Shown: positions 62,661 through 64,000 of the stretch, piece after piece
Position numbering within the stretch: the stretch's first letter is position 1
Layout of the letters: the number at the start of each line of letters is the position of its first letter
Assembly (NCBI RefSeq): GCF_016432865.1
Contig: NC_067403.1
Location: forward strand, 246,760,001-246,824,000
Reading direction: 5' to 3'
Origin: Antechinus flavipes
Lineage: Eukaryota
DNA: 64,000 bases
The notes under the pieces: model-generated
The model's input: only the letters and a program-made list of their open reading frames with translations
Database searches by the model: none
Told to the model about the DNA's origin: nothing
Translations under genes and position numbers: made by a program

Positions 62661-63149
62661 TAGCACCTTTTGAGATATCTGAGAATCCAAATCAGTTTGG
62701 CTCTATTTCCCATTGACTTTTTCCAGTATTCATAGTGGATAGATCCAGAAATGATAACCTTTGTTATAAACATCTTGAGCAACCAAATATTAAATTCAGA
62801 AAGGACTTTGCTCCAATTAAGCACTAGCTTAAGTTGTACTGGGCCATGTATAGGGATATGTGGACCAGATAGTCATAGAAAATCCCTTTCAATTCCAAGA
62901 TGCTATGACTCTGACTAAGGGTGATTAAAAGGTTCAGGTGAGCTAATGCTAGTCAATGAGTAATCTATATTCTGATTTATTAATCCATGAGGATGCTAAC
63001 TTGACATGGCTTCTACAGGACCATTACATTTTATATATAGTTCTCTCTTTGGAAAGAACAGTGGAGTCCATGATACTTACATGTTACCAGAGGCCTATTG
63101 GAGAGAATAAAGAAAGGCTCAGAATGTTGAGTTAAAAGTTCACTCACAG

Positions 63150-63530
63150 GCTATCTTCGGTAATGAGAGGATCCAATTCAGTTCCAATTGATCAGTGATG
63201 AACAGAACCAGCTACACCCAGCAAAAGAACACTGGGAAACGAGTGTGGACTGCTTGCATTTTTGTTTTTCTTCCCAGGTTATTTTTACCTTTCTAAATCT
63301 GATTTTTCTTGTGAAACAAGAGAACTGTATAAATATGTACACATATATTGTGTTTAAGATATACTTTAACATGTTTAACACATATGGGACTGCCTGCCAT
63401 CTAGGGGAGAGGATGGAGGGAAAGAAAGGAAAAGTTGGAACAGAAGTGTTTGCAAGGGTTAATGTTGAAAAATTACTCTTGTATATGTTCTGTCAATAAA
63501 AAGCTATAATAAAAATTAAATTAAATTAAC
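63150..63530 (+). mobile_element. LINE-1 3' UTR fragment
   Basis: Homologous to the 3' UTRs at 10880-11190 and 52780-53100, ending TCAATAAAAAGCTATAATAAAAATTAAA. Confidence 0.82.
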
Positions 63531-64000
63531 AGGAATTTAGAAAAGAATTGGAAAAAAATAAAAATAAAACATGAAAAAAGAGTGCACTTATATGGTAATG
63601 CAGAGCCATCATTACACAGCCTCTTGAAGATCTTTGTTCCCAGGGCCTTAGGAAGCTTGCAAAACAGTGAAATGCATAAAACCTACGCAGGCCACAGAAA
63701 AGGCCTAAAGGGAAAGACACCTTGGCAGTCAGATTCATCAAAACTACAATATTCTACAAAGAGGACTCACCTGATTTGGCTAAGACAATCCAAGTATAAA
63801 ATCACTACATGAGGGTGAGTCTGAGAACATCAACTCAAAGCACCTGGTTGTTCCTGACTTTATCCACTGCCTCTAGTTGGCTTTCATTGGAAAGAGAATG
63901 GTTTTCTCTTTGTTATGTTTTTCAGGTCCTATCTTTCTGATTAACATGAGTAAAATGAAAAGCACTTATAACTGTCTGATGAATAATCATCAGTTGATGA

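Noticed and set aside
648-63812. The many 60-135 aa ORFs outside ORs and L1s
   Set aside because: They fall in L2/MIR/MAR1 relics or low-complexity purine/pyrimidine tracts, several start with TTG/GTG, and none shows a recognisable domain or conserved frame across paralogous units.

Overview
Marsupial (probably Australian/dasyurid-like, judged from MAR1/WSINE-type SINEs and the L1 style) genomic DNA carrying a tandem array of class II olfactory receptor genes of the OR5AK type, all on the + strand. There are five intact single-exon CDSs (1407, 18355, 29780, 40617, 53731) and one pseudogene (8970). Consecutive OR starts are 7.6-13 kb apart. Each repeat unit carries a homeodomain/EBF-type promoter, a predicted non-coding first exon with a GT donor, an intron with L2/MIR relics, a splice acceptor just before the CDS, and a 3' flank. 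The units are punctuated by lineage-specific insertions: young 5'-truncated L1s with readable TSDs and short 3' transductions, two solo LTRs with 6-bp TSDs, and SINEs. After 54.7 kb the OR array stops and the sequence is non-genic, with candidate OR enhancer motifs. The most unusual observations are: a 122-bp templated copy of OR coding sequence inside an intron; a Met-Ile-stop micro-uORF kept through substitutions that destroy the in-frame ATG; two independent L1s truncated within about 6 nt of each other; a young L1 nested in an old L1 at nearly the homologous position; an L1 whose TSD duplicates an OR stop codon; and a 'ghost' promoter suggesting a lost OR unit. No database searches were run. 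Family names come from recalled motifs, and repeat boundaries without TSDs are approximate.
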